NCBI GenBank assembly: GCA_011364905.1
Contig: RDNZ01000001.1
Span: forward strand, 96,001-160,000
DNA from: Candidatus Thorarchaeota archaeon
GTDB taxonomy: Archaea > Asgardarchaeota > Thorarchaeia > Thorarchaeales > Thorarchaeaceae
Direction: 5' to 3'
DNA: 64,000 bases
Every line of letters starts with the position of its first letter. Positions within the stretch are counted from its first letter, which is position 1. Below are positions 48,225 to 58,055 of this stretch, piece after piece. The position numbers and the translations under genes are program-made. A model generated the notes under the pieces. It was given only the letters and a program-made list of their open reading frames with translations. It was not told where the DNA came from and did not search any database.

Positions 48225-49427
48225 ATGATAGAGGTACGAGAAGCCCGTGAAGAAGACAGAGAGTCTGCGCTAAGAGTGCTCTGGAAAGCATTCGAATCAA
48301 CCACAGGTTATGAAGACTATCTAAAACAAGAGTGGATTAAGAGATGGAACACTCCTGAAAAGGAGAATTACGCCTATGTTGCAGTGGATGGAAGTAAGGT
48401 TGTTTCGAGTCTCTCGTTCTTCACTACCGCTGAACAAGAACAGATTATCAGAGGTGCTCCAGTAAGATTTGGCGGCGTATGGGCAGTTGCAACTGATCCA
48501 GCGTACCGTAGGAAAGGACTAGTCAGGAAGATATTTGATATCTCTTTACCTAGGATGCGAGATGAGAGTGCATCTCTCTCAATCTTAGACCCCTTCTATA
48601 GACCATTCTATGAGAAATTTTCATACGCATTAGCAGAGAAGCGAGCCTACCATGTATTCACGAGGGACCAAATTAGAGTCGGCAAGACCAGGAACGACAT
48701 AACATCAAGAGAAGCGAAGGACCCAGATGATAGGAAAACAATCCAGCAAATCGAAAGAACAATGACACGGTTTGGCTCTAGGTTCTTCACGAGTGGCGAG
48801 TTCATGGACTATGTCATGAAGAATGGTATTATGCATATACTTGAGGACGATAGTGGGCCAGTAGGCAGTGTGTGGTTCAACTTCACGAAAGGACCACCGA
48901 GGGAGCCTCCTGAACTGACTGTCGGTATGTCGAGATACGCGCGCGATGATGTTTTTCCCTCAATCGTCGAGTTGGTTCGTAACCACTCAGTTAACGTGAG
49001 CAAAGTTTCATGGTGGACCGATGCTGATGTTCCAGTCAGACATTATTTCAGTGATATCCATCGAACCGAGTCGCATTTGATAGGCTCTATGATGATGAGG
49101 GTTGTTGATATTGAAGGCTACTGCCGAAGTATCAAGATTCCTGAAGATACGACAGAAAAAGTCACTATTGAGTTGACTGATGATCAATGTCCATGGAACA
49201 ATGGTATCTTTACTCTTGTTCCTGATGGAGGTAAACTAACAGCTGAAAGGAGTGACTCAGAACCAGACATATCTCTTAACGCATTTCAGTTATCGGAAGT
49301 GATTGCAGGGATTACTCCACCGACACTTCTTAGGTCTCTAAAGGAGATCGACTGCGATGAAAAGACAGCAAGAAGACTTGAGGACATATTCCCTGCTGAT
49401 GCATTTGTATCGTACACTCGTTTCTGA
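48225..49427 (+). CDS. Eis-like tandem GNAT acetyltransferase with C-terminal SCP-2-like domain
   Basis: GGVWAVATDP.YRRKGL, L.PF..FYEKF, MMRVVDI, D.CPWNNG, C-terminal F. Confidence 0.85.
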   Translation: MIEVREAREEDRESALRVLWKAFESTTGYEDYLKQEWIKRWNTPEKENYAYVAVDGSKVVSSLSFFTTAEQEQIIRGAPVRFGGVWAVATDPAYRRKGLVRKIFDISLPRMRDESASLSILDPFYRPFYEKFSYALAEKRAYHVFTRDQIRVGKTRNDITSREAKDPDDRKTIQQIERTMTRFGSRFFTSGEFMDYVMKNGIMHILEDDSGPVGSVWFNFTKGPPREPPELTVGMSRYARDDVFPSIVELVRNHSVNVSKVSWWTDADVPVRHYFSDIHRTESHLIGSMMMRVVDIEGYCRSIKIPEDTTEKVTIELTDDQCPWNNGIFTLVPDGGKLTAERSDSEPDISLNAFQLSEVIAGITPPTLLRSLKEIDCDEKTARRLEDIFPADAFVSYTRF

Positions 49428-49480
49428 TTATACTAGTCTACCATAGAGAAGGTCCGGAAAAGGACAAAGCCAATCCGAAT

Positions 49481-50365
49481 TCATTTCAATGATTTAACGA
49501 AGTTGTCTGCACAGGTCTCTGAACAGAAGGACTGAGATTTCCCTTCCACGTTTCTCAAAATCATTTCGCCTTTCTCTATAGAGTCACCGCAGTACGAACA
49601 AACTGCATCCATGTCTGTTGTATTTCCACAGCAAGGAGTGAGAATAACATCTTTGATCTCCTTTTGGATACCAAGAAACTCGTCATTATCAGAGAGGAAG
49701 ATGTATGCAAGTCCTTGGAGCAAGTCACTCAAAGCGGTGGATTCGATATCGACATCCTTCATTTGAGTCGCTAGATACTCCATCGTTTCATCAACCATTT
49801 CAATCTGCCGCAGCATAAGGTCTTCCAGATGTCCCCAATCTTTTTCCTTCATGTCGACATTTAGGCCATCTTTGAAAAGCTTGAAGTATGAACCTACAAC
49901 ATCGCCGCTCATCTTCGAGTCAATGATAATGAAGACTTTCGCTGTACGTCTATAGTAAATCCCTCGACGACTCTTACTATCGTCTTCATCTTTTTGAGAG
50001 AATTCCTCCACAAGACCTTGTTCTACCAGTTTTGGTAAATGATAATAGCAGTTGTATTTTGATACATCCACCTCTGGGAGATATTGCTCGACGTTTGCCA
50101 CGATGTCAGGCACAGTCAACCAGAAACGTTTAGTCTTCTTTTCCTCCACCACAGTCGTGCGCACCTTCGTGCCATCAGCCTTGATCGTTTCTTCTGTGGT
50201 TGTATGCTCTTTGATGCTCTCAGTTCCATACCGGAGGGCAACAAGAATAGCACGCCGAATAGGATCTCGAAAAGATTCGACAAGGTCTCGGTTAGTAATC
50301 ATGAAGTAACTGCGTACTTTTGAATCAGGGAAAACTGGTTGTGGTTCTGTGGACAATATTCGCAC
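49481..50365 (-). CDS. ArsR-like wHTH regulator with C-terminal TRASH/YHS metal-binding domain
   Basis: DPIRRAILVAL...YYHLPKLVEQGLV...YYRRTA; tail PCCG...CSYCG..I...GK...FCSETC. Confidence 0.82.
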   Translation of the reverse strand: MRILSTEPQPVFPDSKVRSYFMITNRDLVESFRDPIRRAILVALRYGTESIKEHTTTEETIKADGTKVRTTVVEEKKTKRFWLTVPDIVANVEQYLPEVDVSKYNCYYHLPKLVEQGLVEEFSQKDEDDSKSRRGIYYRRTAKVFIIIDSKMSGDVVGSYFKLFKDGLNVDMKEKDWGHLEDLMLRQIEMVDETMEYLATQMKDVDIESTALSDLLQGLAYIFLSDNDEFLGIQKEIKDVILTPCCGNTTDMDAVCSYCGDSIEKGEMILRNVEGKSQSFCSETCADNFVKSLK

Positions 50366-50476
50366 CGTTTATTTTTCGACAGATACACTAAATCTGCTTC
50401 AATGCTATAGCTCTTACACTTTTATAGCCTTTGCTATCTTTGTTAGTATTTTCTTTACACCTTTATCAACGATAAG

Positions 50477-50503
50477 TTTATAAGAAAGTGTAATGTTTAC
50501 ACT
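50477..50503 (+). promoter_or_regulatory. TATA box plus perfect 7-3-7 palindromic operator
   Basis: TTTATAAG 50477-50484; AGTGTAA-TGT-TTACACT 50487-50503; extra TTACAC half-sites at 50414 and 50455. Confidence 0.72.
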
Positions 50504-50554
50504 ATGTGTAGCATAACAATGTGACAATTGAACTAAATTGTCTGGGTGATAAAA

Positions 50555-50674
50555 ATGGCGTTCACTAAAACAAGAAAAAGCTCAAAGGGTTGCTGGGAAT
50601 GCACTGAAAGAAACAATCTAGACCGTGTTTCAATATATCAGTACAATAGTCCGGTAGCCTCAATGATTAGGTAA
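50555..50674 (+). CDS. 39-aa CxxC peptide (not in ORF track)
   Basis: GGGTGA RBS; MAFTKTRKSSKGCWECTERNNLDRVSIYQYNSPVASMIR*; own TATA box and operator, and a 3' hairpin. Confidence 0.62.
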   Translation: MAFTKTRKSSKGCWECTERNNLDRVSIYQYNSPVASMIR

Positions 50675-50706
50675 TCCGAGAAAATCTCTCTATTCTCCAT
50701 ACTAAG

Positions 50707-50747
50707 GAGGAAGCATCGCACTCAGATCGTGGGTGTGATGCTTCTTC
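50707..50747 (+). terminator. 18-bp RNA hairpin 3' of the peptide gene
   Basis: GAGGAAGCATCGCACTCA-GATCG-TGGGTGTGATGCTTCTTC, three G-U pairs on the + strand. Confidence 0.65.
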
Positions 50748-50945
50748 AACTATATCTGCGTGTTGCAGCCAAACCACACTCTTCGAAATTGCTTCCAAGT
50801 TTCAATGCCTTCTTTTCCACATGGACCTGTTTTGAAAAACCATCAATGCTGAGAAACTCAATTCATAGCTTTTGCACAGAATAAAGTGTTTTATTAGTTG
50901 CGACCATAGGAAGGAACTCTTGCCGTTTGTGTGGAGGAGCGATGG

Positions 50946-53900
50946 ATGAAGAAGGTGAGAACGAACCAAAGGAGGCCTTCCCTGAAATTCATGGCGGCTA
51001 TTATTGTATCAATGTTAGCAGTTTCTACCATAGCCATGATCAGAGTAACAACCGATATTGGCTCTGGAAAAGAGTTAGAACCAATTCCTGTTGACCAGGT
51101 ATATGCAAGCCACCCCTGTGAAATCAGTTCAGTTCTTGCCCAAGAAGGAGTTTGGGTTTCACCTGATTCATCACTCGCTGGAACTCCATCTCAAGCTCAC
51201 ACTACGGTCTCGGATACTTCAGGGACCACGATTGTTGCAGATTTTCATGGATTCTATAGAAACAACACCTTTTCGATAAACGGAACTCTGTATGACAACC
51301 TCGAAATGCCAGGAGCTTTCTCCATGAATGAGCCCGGTAGGCCCATGCTACCACGGTTGTCCGAGTTTGTCGAGATTCCTTTTGACGTTGACGTTTCGGT
51401 TCAAGTCCTCGCCTCATCGTATGTGACAGACACTGGATACAACGTCAGACCTGCTCCCCTCCCCAATGTTCCAGTTGAGCTAAGTGTACCCGACTCTTAC
51501 AATTTGTCCCTATTCTATCCGGCTCCAACAATCTTCGACCCTGTGTATTCGAGAAATGCCTTCTTTCCCGGAAATGGTACCAGTGTTAGTGGAGAAACAA
51601 CCGCGACATCGATAGTGATAAGGGGCCACAGACTGCTGGAACTCAACTTCTATCCCGTTCAGTTCAATCCTGTAACAGGAAACGCTCTGATGTTCTCCCA
51701 ATTAGTAATTAAACTAAAGTATAGCAAGCCTGCTCAGATTCAGCCAGTTCGAAGCTCGTTGCGATCAGATATCTTTGAGCAAATCATTCGTGACTCCATT
51801 TTATACTACGATCCTATCCACATCCAACACTCTGAAACCTTGGGCGAACCGTTCCTGTACTCAATCACACCACCGTCGCCGCCATCTTCTCCAAATTCCA
51901 CGGTGCATATGTTCTCTCAGTCCCAATTGATCCCAGAGGATGTAAGCGGCGAGTATCTGATTATCACAACCGACCTTCTCAAACCTCAAGCTCTGAAACT
52001 AGCCGCTTGGAAACAGCAAAAGGGCGTTCGCTCCGCAGTCTATTCCTTTTCGGAACCACCAACAACAACAGATGTAAGGGCGGTAATTGAATTTGCTTAC
52101 AACAATGCGATTCCAGCTCCGACATATGTCTTGCTTTTTGGAGATGTCGAAATCATTCCAACTAATTATGACATGAATCATAGAGCAAAGTTCGGCCCGG
52201 GTTTTCCGCCTCCTCTTTTTCAACCAAATACGGATGGTTTCGGTACCATTGCATCGGACTTAGGCTACTTCAATATTGAGGGGCATAGATATTTCCCCGA
52301 TATGATTTACAGCCGGATATCAGTGGACACCCCAGAACAAGCCGAGATAGTCGTAAACAAGACTCTTCAATATGAGCAGTCTCCGCCATTTCAACCAGAG
52401 TTCTATAGCAATATGCTGTCAACTGGATATTTCAATGACATGAAACCCAGAAATGGGATAGAAGACAGAGAGTACCCATTTGTCTATTATCTTGAAAAGA
52501 TTAGAGAATTTTTGGAATCGGACTATGCTTACAAAGTGAACTACACCTATACACGGTCGGATGCTCAAATACCGGTGAAGTTCTACACTCGATTCGATCC
52601 GACAGATCCAGACTCCAATCTGCTGTCGAACTCACCCCTAGCTGACTATTACTGGCCTGAAGAAGAGGTCAATCCAATTTTGGCTGCTCCTGTAATAGAG
52701 AGATTGCAGTCAGTTTTCAATCAAGGAAGTTTCTTCGCTCTCTATTACGGTCATGGCAGTTCGACGAATATGGTCTACAACTTTGATGCGAATCCAAGGG
52801 AAGGCATAGAAGGATGGGTCACGCCATACTTCGACACCTCTTGTGTTCGGGATTTGGTGAATGGAAATAAGACACCATTGATAGTGAGTATGGGTTGCAA
52901 TACTGGATGGTTTGATGGTGAAACCGATCAAACGTACATGGATATCTCCGGGTTGGTTCCAAATCCTTTTAGTTCTGTGGCGAGCGAATGCTTCGCTGAG
53001 AACATTACAAGGATGAAAGATGGGGGCGCTATTGCGGTAATTGCAGCTTCACGTCCAGCTTATGCACGAATCAGCGGAGATCTACTAAACGGAATAGTCC
53101 AAGCCTTCTGGCCAGGATTTCAAGAGTCTGAAAATCAACCCATTTACGAAATGGGTGCGGCTCTACTTTTCAGCAAGTTACAGGTAGCACACGCAAGGAT
53201 GACTCGCTATGATCCAGAGGCGCAAACCAGAACAACATTCGAAGAATTCCATCTCTTTGGCGACCCTGAAACACAGCTTTGGACAGAGAATCCTTCCAAT
53301 TTTAGTGTCGAGTATCAGCCCATCGGAACCACAGGTGACCAGAAGTTTGCTGTGACCGTCAAAAACAAAGACACCGGTGATCGCGTCCCTGGAGCCAAGG
53401 TTTGTATCCAACAGGGCACATATATCTATCAAGTTGGTTATACGGACAATTGGGGTCAAATAAGATTCAATTGCGATCCATTTGATACATTATCATCTCT
53501 CAATGTGACTGTGACAAAACACAATTTCAGACCATATATCGGTGAAGTCGAGACTTTTGCGCCGGACTACATTAGTCCCACTGGAGAGCCCCCCACAGTT
53601 AGCGCTTCCCCCGAATCAGTCGTTGTGGGCAGAGATGTAAAAATCATCGTATCTGGATTCGATGAACAGCAAGAAGTAAACATATTTTTCGATGGAGTGG
53701 AGCAATATCCGCCGATACCTGTGGGCTCAAACGAAGTTCAAATACCTGTACCTGACGATGAGCCACCTATCGTTACAGTCACTGCGAAACAAGGTAATAC
53801 TCGGGCATCTAATTATTTCAAACGATTATCTACAGACCAGAATCCTGATTCTTACATCTATTCGCAGTATGACGAAAGCACTTGGCATCTTGCAAATTAC

Positions 53901-54635
53901 GAACTTGTTTGGGACAATCCTTGTATAACAATATACAAAGGTTCGAGGCAAGTGACATATGTCAAACAGAATGAGAATTACGATGTCAAAGTGAAGGTGT
54001 ATTGTGGAGGAAACGCGGATGCAGTTGATACTAAAGTGTCCCTTCGATGTTCATATAATGGAGGAGTATCTTGGAGACCAGTTGGAAATGATACAATTAC
54101 AATTGCCCTTGGAGAATCAAATGAGGCATCCATTAGCTGGATGCCTAACCTCCCTAATGCTGCATACTTACAAGTAGTACTCGAACCCACGAATGAAAGA
54201 CTAGAAGATGAGAGCAACAACATCGGATTAGAGTATCAAGATGTCATTCCTCTGTGCTCGCCTGGTTCAAGAAACTTTCAGGTTGGTAATCCTACAGATG
54301 CCAAAGACTATGTCTTAATCAACGTGAAGCAGGAGGGGAGCTATGACGATGTTTGGAATGCCACGGTTCTAAACTACTCCTCTCAGAGAATGGAGGCAAA
54401 TGAAAACAAGTCAGTAACGTTGTTTGTTGATCCCGGAATACTTGAGAATTCTCAAGAAGAACGCAATTTCACGGTTGATATCTACATTAATGGGAGATTA
54501 GTAGGCGGCGCGACAATGGAAGCAACAGCCAATGCAGCAGAATGCCATCACGTCTGTTATTGCATTTGCGTTTTGATTCTATTAGTAGGAATAATAGCAA
54601 TTGGAGTGCTTCTTTGGTATGCGAGAAGACCATGA
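50946..54635 (+). CDS. Gingipain-like C25 cysteine peptidase, cell-surface anchored
   Basis: Signal peptide, C25 propeptide (PG.P.LP..S.FVEIP; YPVQFNP), YLIIT, YVLLFGD, YYGHG, MGCNTG, LFGDP, VTVTKHNF.PY, Ig/CARDB-like domains, C-terminal TM plus RR. Confidence 0.88.
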   Translation: MKKVRTNQRRPSLKFMAAIIVSMLAVSTIAMIRVTTDIGSGKELEPIPVDQVYASHPCEISSVLAQEGVWVSPDSSLAGTPSQAHTTVSDTSGTTIVADFHGFYRNNTFSINGTLYDNLEMPGAFSMNEPGRPMLPRLSEFVEIPFDVDVSVQVLASSYVTDTGYNVRPAPLPNVPVELSVPDSYNLSLFYPAPTIFDPVYSRNAFFPGNGTSVSGETTATSIVIRGHRLLELNFYPVQFNPVTGNALMFSQLVIKLKYSKPAQIQPVRSSLRSDIFEQIIRDSILYYDPIHIQHSETLGEPFLYSITPPSPPSSPNSTVHMFSQSQLIPEDVSGEYLIITTDLLKPQALKLAAWKQQKGVRSAVYSFSEPPTTTDVRAVIEFAYNNAIPAPTYVLLFGDVEIIPTNYDMNHRAKFGPGFPPPLFQPNTDGFGTIASDLGYFNIEGHRYFPDMIYSRISVDTPEQAEIVVNKTLQYEQSPPFQPEFYSNMLSTGYFNDMKPRNGIEDREYPFVYYLEKIREFLESDYAYKVNYTYTRSDAQIPVKFYTRFDPTDPDSNLLSNSPLADYYWPEEEVNPILAAPVIERLQSVFNQGSFFALYYGHGSSTNMVYNFDANPREGIEGWVTPYFDTSCVRDLVNGNKTPLIVSMGCNTGWFDGETDQTYMDISGLVPNPFSSVASECFAENITRMKDGGAIAVIAASRPAYARISGDLLNGIVQAFWPGFQESENQPIYEMGAALLFSKLQVAHARMTRYDPEAQTRTTFEEFHLFGDPETQLWTENPSNFSVEYQPIGTTGDQKFAVTVKNKDTGDRVPGAKVCIQQGTYIYQVGYTDNWGQIRFNCDPFDTLSSLNVTVTKHNFRPYIGEVETFAPDYISPTGEPPTVSASPESVVVGRDVKIIVSGFDEQQEVNIFFDGVEQYPPIPVGSNEVQIPVPDDEPPIVTVTAKQGNTRASNYFKRLSTDQNPDSYIYSQYDESTWHLANYELVWDNPCITIYKGSRQVTYVKQNENYDVKVKVYCGGNADAVDTKVSLRCSYNGGVSWRPVGNDTITIALGESNEASISWMPNLPNAAYLQVVLEPTNERLEDESNNIGLEYQDVIPLCSPGSRNFQVGNPTDAKDYVLINVKQEGSYDDVWNATVLNYSSQRMEANENKSVTLFVDPGILENSQEERNFTVDIYINGRLVGGATMEATANAAECHHVCYCICVLILLVGIIAIGVLLWYARRP

Positions 54636-54774
54636 CGTTAAGTTAGCAGTTCATACTTTATCATAAAATCTAGAGTCGTTTTCGGCAAATATTTTGTTTT
54701 ATCTTTTAATAGCTGAATTTTTATACAACCTGCATAGAGTTTACAACTACTACGTCGTTAGGAGGTAGATGTAA

Positions 54775-54897
54775 ATGGACCGTAGGATCCTTTATGCTAT
54801 CATTGTTGTTCTCATAATCATTTTACTTATCGTAGTTTTGGAATGCTTGGGAATATCAGATATAATACCCGGTTTTCCAGTGGAAGGCTTTACATAA
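54775..54897 (+). CDS. 40-aa single-TM microprotein (not in ORF track)
   Basis: AGGAGGT RBS; MDRRILYAIIVVLIIILLIVVLECLGISDIIPGFPVEGFT*; TTTTATA upstream. Confidence 0.65.
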   Translation: MDRRILYAIIVVLIIILLIVVLECLGISDIIPGFPVEGFT

Positions 54898-54967
54898 TCC
54901 AGTGCGTTACTTGCACCCAATGATCCAGATGCTAGTTCCAGCGGTGAAGAGACCTACAGCTATCTTC

Positions 54968-56437
54968 CTATAGCTTCTCAGTCAAACTTTCAAAATGAAT
55001 TCTTAAGAATTCTAGATCCTCCTTTTCAATGAGTGATTGGAGCTGTGGAACAATCTCTCTTAGACGCGTTGCGTCGCTGTCCATAATCGCTGCATCAGCC
55101 TTGAGTAGCAGAACAAGTCCCAATATTCCGGGAAGGTCTTCAGACAGTGCCTTATCCTCCAAAATGGCCAACGATGGAGAAACTACTTCTTCCGAGGTAC
55201 AAGAATAAACTTCAATCTTTGCGAGTTGATACAAGAAGATGAGTTCCATAATGAAAGCTCCCCGAAATTGTTCATAGATCTCAAGTCCCTGATTAACACT
55301 ACTTAGAGCTGATGTAAAGTCTCCTCGAGCCATTTCCAAAACGCCAGTAACAAAGTAGAGCCATGCAAGTTGACTCTCATCTCCAGATTTCAAGATTGGT
55401 TCTTGATATGTATCCAAAAGAATCTGAGCCTCTGTGAGCCTATTCAAGAGAATAAGTGACCACATCTGATTGAGTTTTGCGCGATTTGTCAGAATTGGTC
55501 TGTTCTTTACCTGATTTTCGGTCATTAGTCCCCACTCCAAACCAGATTCAGGTTCGCCAATCACATTGTATAAGGTCGAGAGAAAGTAAGAAGCATTGGC
55601 TGTGCTCAAACCTGCTCTTTCTCGTAGCGTGATAACATCTAGAAGACTCTTGATTGCGCTATCAAACTTGCCGCGCATTGCGTCTATAAGACCAAGCTTA
55701 TCCAGAATATTTGCGTAGTTCATGGGAATCCCCAGAGAAGATTCAACTATTGCATATGCTTGTTGAAGTAATTCCTTACATTCTGCCCGATCCTGGTTCA
55801 TAATGATGTTTGCTTTCTTTGTTAGAAGGTGTGCAACTCGTACTCGGTCATTGAATTTCTCGGCGGCGCGTAACGCTCTGTTAATGCATCGAAGTCGGCC
55901 ATCAGCGTCACCATCTGAGAGTGCCTTCTCTGACAAGTAATCATAAAGCGTGGCTTCGTAGAAACCAAAATTAGATTCGTTGTCCATTAGCTCTTTGATC
56001 TTATCCATTATTTCTGTTTCATACATGGTTTTTGGATAGTTTCTCATGGCAACTTCGAATTTCATGAAGTACATTTCTAGTGCGATCCAATCATCTGGTT
56101 GCGTAGCAAGAATTGCATCAGCCATTTCATGGACTTTCTCAACATCTTCATAGGTGCCCTGATATGATGAAGCAAAGAACAGATTTGGTTCCAAAATCTG
56201 ATTTTCACCATATTTCTCTCTAATCTTGTCGATGAGTTTGTATTCGTATGCAAGGATAGCATGATGAATTGCAAAATAGACAGTCATGACTCGACTATTA
56301 GTGTTTAAGACCAATTCACCCAATCTTTCAACAAAGTTATAGTAGTCTGAAGCTTCAGCCATAACATACTCCAGCACATTCTTTGTTTCTTCATCGATAA
56401 AAGGGAAATATTGGGTTATAGTCCCAATTGGTTCCAT
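54968..56437 (-). CDS. TPR-like all-helical protein
   Basis: GGAGGAG RBS before MEPIGTIT; TPR-like units (LG.I..MRG.FD.AI, TGVLEMARGDF..AL...QGL.I). Confidence 0.8.
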   Translation of the reverse strand: MEPIGTITQYFPFIDEETKNVLEYVMAEASDYYNFVERLGELVLNTNSRVMTVYFAIHHAILAYEYKLIDKIREKYGENQILEPNLFFASSYQGTYEDVEKVHEMADAILATQPDDWIALEMYFMKFEVAMRNYPKTMYETEIMDKIKELMDNESNFGFYEATLYDYLSEKALSDGDADGRLRCINRALRAAEKFNDRVRVAHLLTKKANIIMNQDRAECKELLQQAYAIVESSLGIPMNYANILDKLGLIDAMRGKFDSAIKSLLDVITLRERAGLSTANASYFLSTLYNVIGEPESGLEWGLMTENQVKNRPILTNRAKLNQMWSLILLNRLTEAQILLDTYQEPILKSGDESQLAWLYFVTGVLEMARGDFTSALSSVNQGLEIYEQFRGAFIMELIFLYQLAKIEVYSCTSEEVVSPSLAILEDKALSEDLPGILGLVLLLKADAAIMDSDATRLREIVPQLQSLIEKEDLEFLRIHFESLTEKL

Positions 56438-56590
56438 CGCTACTCCTCCGCTATGGCGAATATCCAGCATATCATGTATGCGTCACTTAGAGAAAAATCT
56501 TGTTCACATTCCACTAATGTCTAAATGAATTGTTGACACATTAGTACGACATCTGCGAAGTATAAGGAAGAAGAGAATCGTCAATTGGAT

Positions 56591-57514
56591 TTATAGTCCG
56601 ACCTCATCAATCATTCGCTCTAACTCAATTCGTCCAAGCCTTGGGAATTTTTTCACAGGATATGAGAGAAGGACATCAACAGATTTGGCGAAATGCGCGC
56701 TCTTGGTAAGGTGAGAGATCTTCTCAGCGTCTCGGAAATGTTCGGTCACAAACTTTGCAAAGAGTATAGGTTCCATTGCGGAGCAGAAAGAATACCAATA
56801 CTCATCAGGAAAAGATTCCCGGAACCATCTGTTTATCTCTTCTATCTCCGAAGTCTGTTCATCATATGTGATTTTGAGATAGAACTCTGAGTTATTTCCA
56901 AGACTCAGATTCCACCGTGCAGCGAACCAGACTGCATTACTGTCAAGCATCTCCTGAATGGCTCTGCTTACTCGTCTTGCCGTCAAGCCGGTTTCCTCCG
57001 CTAGTTGACCGACTTGCATTCGAGCATCTTCGAGAAGATATTTCAAAACTTTAAGATGAAGTTTCTTGATTTTGAATTTTTCACCACGTTGTACCAATAT
57101 TGTGTGTAATTCGGCATCATTGACTGAATCAAGTGTCCGAATGAACGATGCAAGACTCTGAAGTCCTTCTGCTCCTTTGTACTCACATTGGAGAAAATAT
57201 AGTCTACCAGCTCCGGTTACTATTTGGCCTACTTGGACTATCAAGGGATTAGATCCAATCAGTTCCATGAGTTCTTCTTCATCCTCAGAACCATCGGTGA
57301 AAACTAGTGCAACCAAATAATCAGAGTCCATCATTGCTGGCTTCAAAATCACTGAGAATTCTTCTATGACACCGGTTTCAATCAACCTATCCATACGTTT
57401 TCTAATAGCAGTGGCAGTCAAACCAGTTTTTTCGCCTAGAGCTTGGTAAGATAATCTGCAATTTTCATCAAGTGCGAGAAGTATTCGCTTGTCAATAGAG
57501 TCCACAACTTCCAC
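56591..57514 (-). CDS. Tandem (double) Lrp/AsnC family regulator
   Basis: DSIDKRILLALDENCRLSY..L....G.T...IRKR and a second HTH (VLKYLLEDARM...LAEETGLTARRV). Confidence 0.88.
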   Translation of the reverse strand: MEVVDSIDKRILLALDENCRLSYQALGEKTGLTATAIRKRMDRLIETGVIEEFSVILKPAMMDSDYLVALVFTDGSEDEEELMELIGSNPLIVQVGQIVTGAGRLYFLQCEYKGAEGLQSLASFIRTLDSVNDAELHTILVQRGEKFKIKKLHLKVLKYLLEDARMQVGQLAEETGLTARRVSRAIQEMLDSNAVWFAARWNLSLGNNSEFYLKITYDEQTSEIEEINRWFRESFPDEYWYSFCSAMEPILFAKFVTEHFRDAEKISHLTKSAHFAKSVDVLLSYPVKKFPRLGRIELERMIDEVGL

Positions 57515-57534
57515 CCTGACTGGTTTTAATCAGT

Positions 57535-57906
57535 TTACGGTGGAATTAGAGCTCTAAATAAATTATCTTTGGGAGTTCCATCAATGTCCAGTGATGCGCA
57601 GTAGATGCATCCAGTGCCAATCACGGACAATTCAAAACCGCTATCTCTGAGCTGTTGGAGATATAACAGATGTTTGGAGAGTGTATCAATAAGTTCTGAG
57701 GATTTTAGCTCACTCTTTCCATTGGAGTCTGGAATTGATATCTCAACCTCAATTGAGAGAGAATGGTCATCATCTTGGTTATTCACGAGTAGTATACGGA
57801 GCCACGGAGTTCGATGAATCAAAACAGTTACTTCTCCGGTGCCGCCTTCACCTCTAAGTGTAGCTTCGGCTTTGGCATATTTCTCTTTCAAGCTGAAACT
57901 ATTCAT
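57535..57906 (-). CDS. Hypothetical protein
   Basis: Open frame between the two Lrp genes with plausible composition; start uncertain. Confidence 0.6.
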   Translation of the reverse strand: MNSFSLKEKYAKAEATLRGEGGTGEVTVLIHRTPWLRILLVNNQDDDHSLSIEVEISIPDSNGKSELKSSELIDTLSKHLLYLQQLRDSGFELSVIGTGCIYCASLDIDGTPKDNLFRALIPP

Positions 57907-58055
57907 ACATTTCACGAAGTTTAACACTCACGAAATAGATATGAAATGTCCTACACCTGCTGGTTTGGAAACTAGCTGTACATCACATATCTCTAGACCG
58001 AAAAACAAATGGGTAGGTTAGAGAGCGGTTTCAATCTTGGTATGAAGTGATTCCC

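Noticed and set aside
50705-50884. AGGAGG inside the hairpin as an RBS for a 48-aa ORF starting at 50738
   Set aside because: Spacing of about 27 nt is too long and the peptide looks random; the hairpin is better explained as a 3' element
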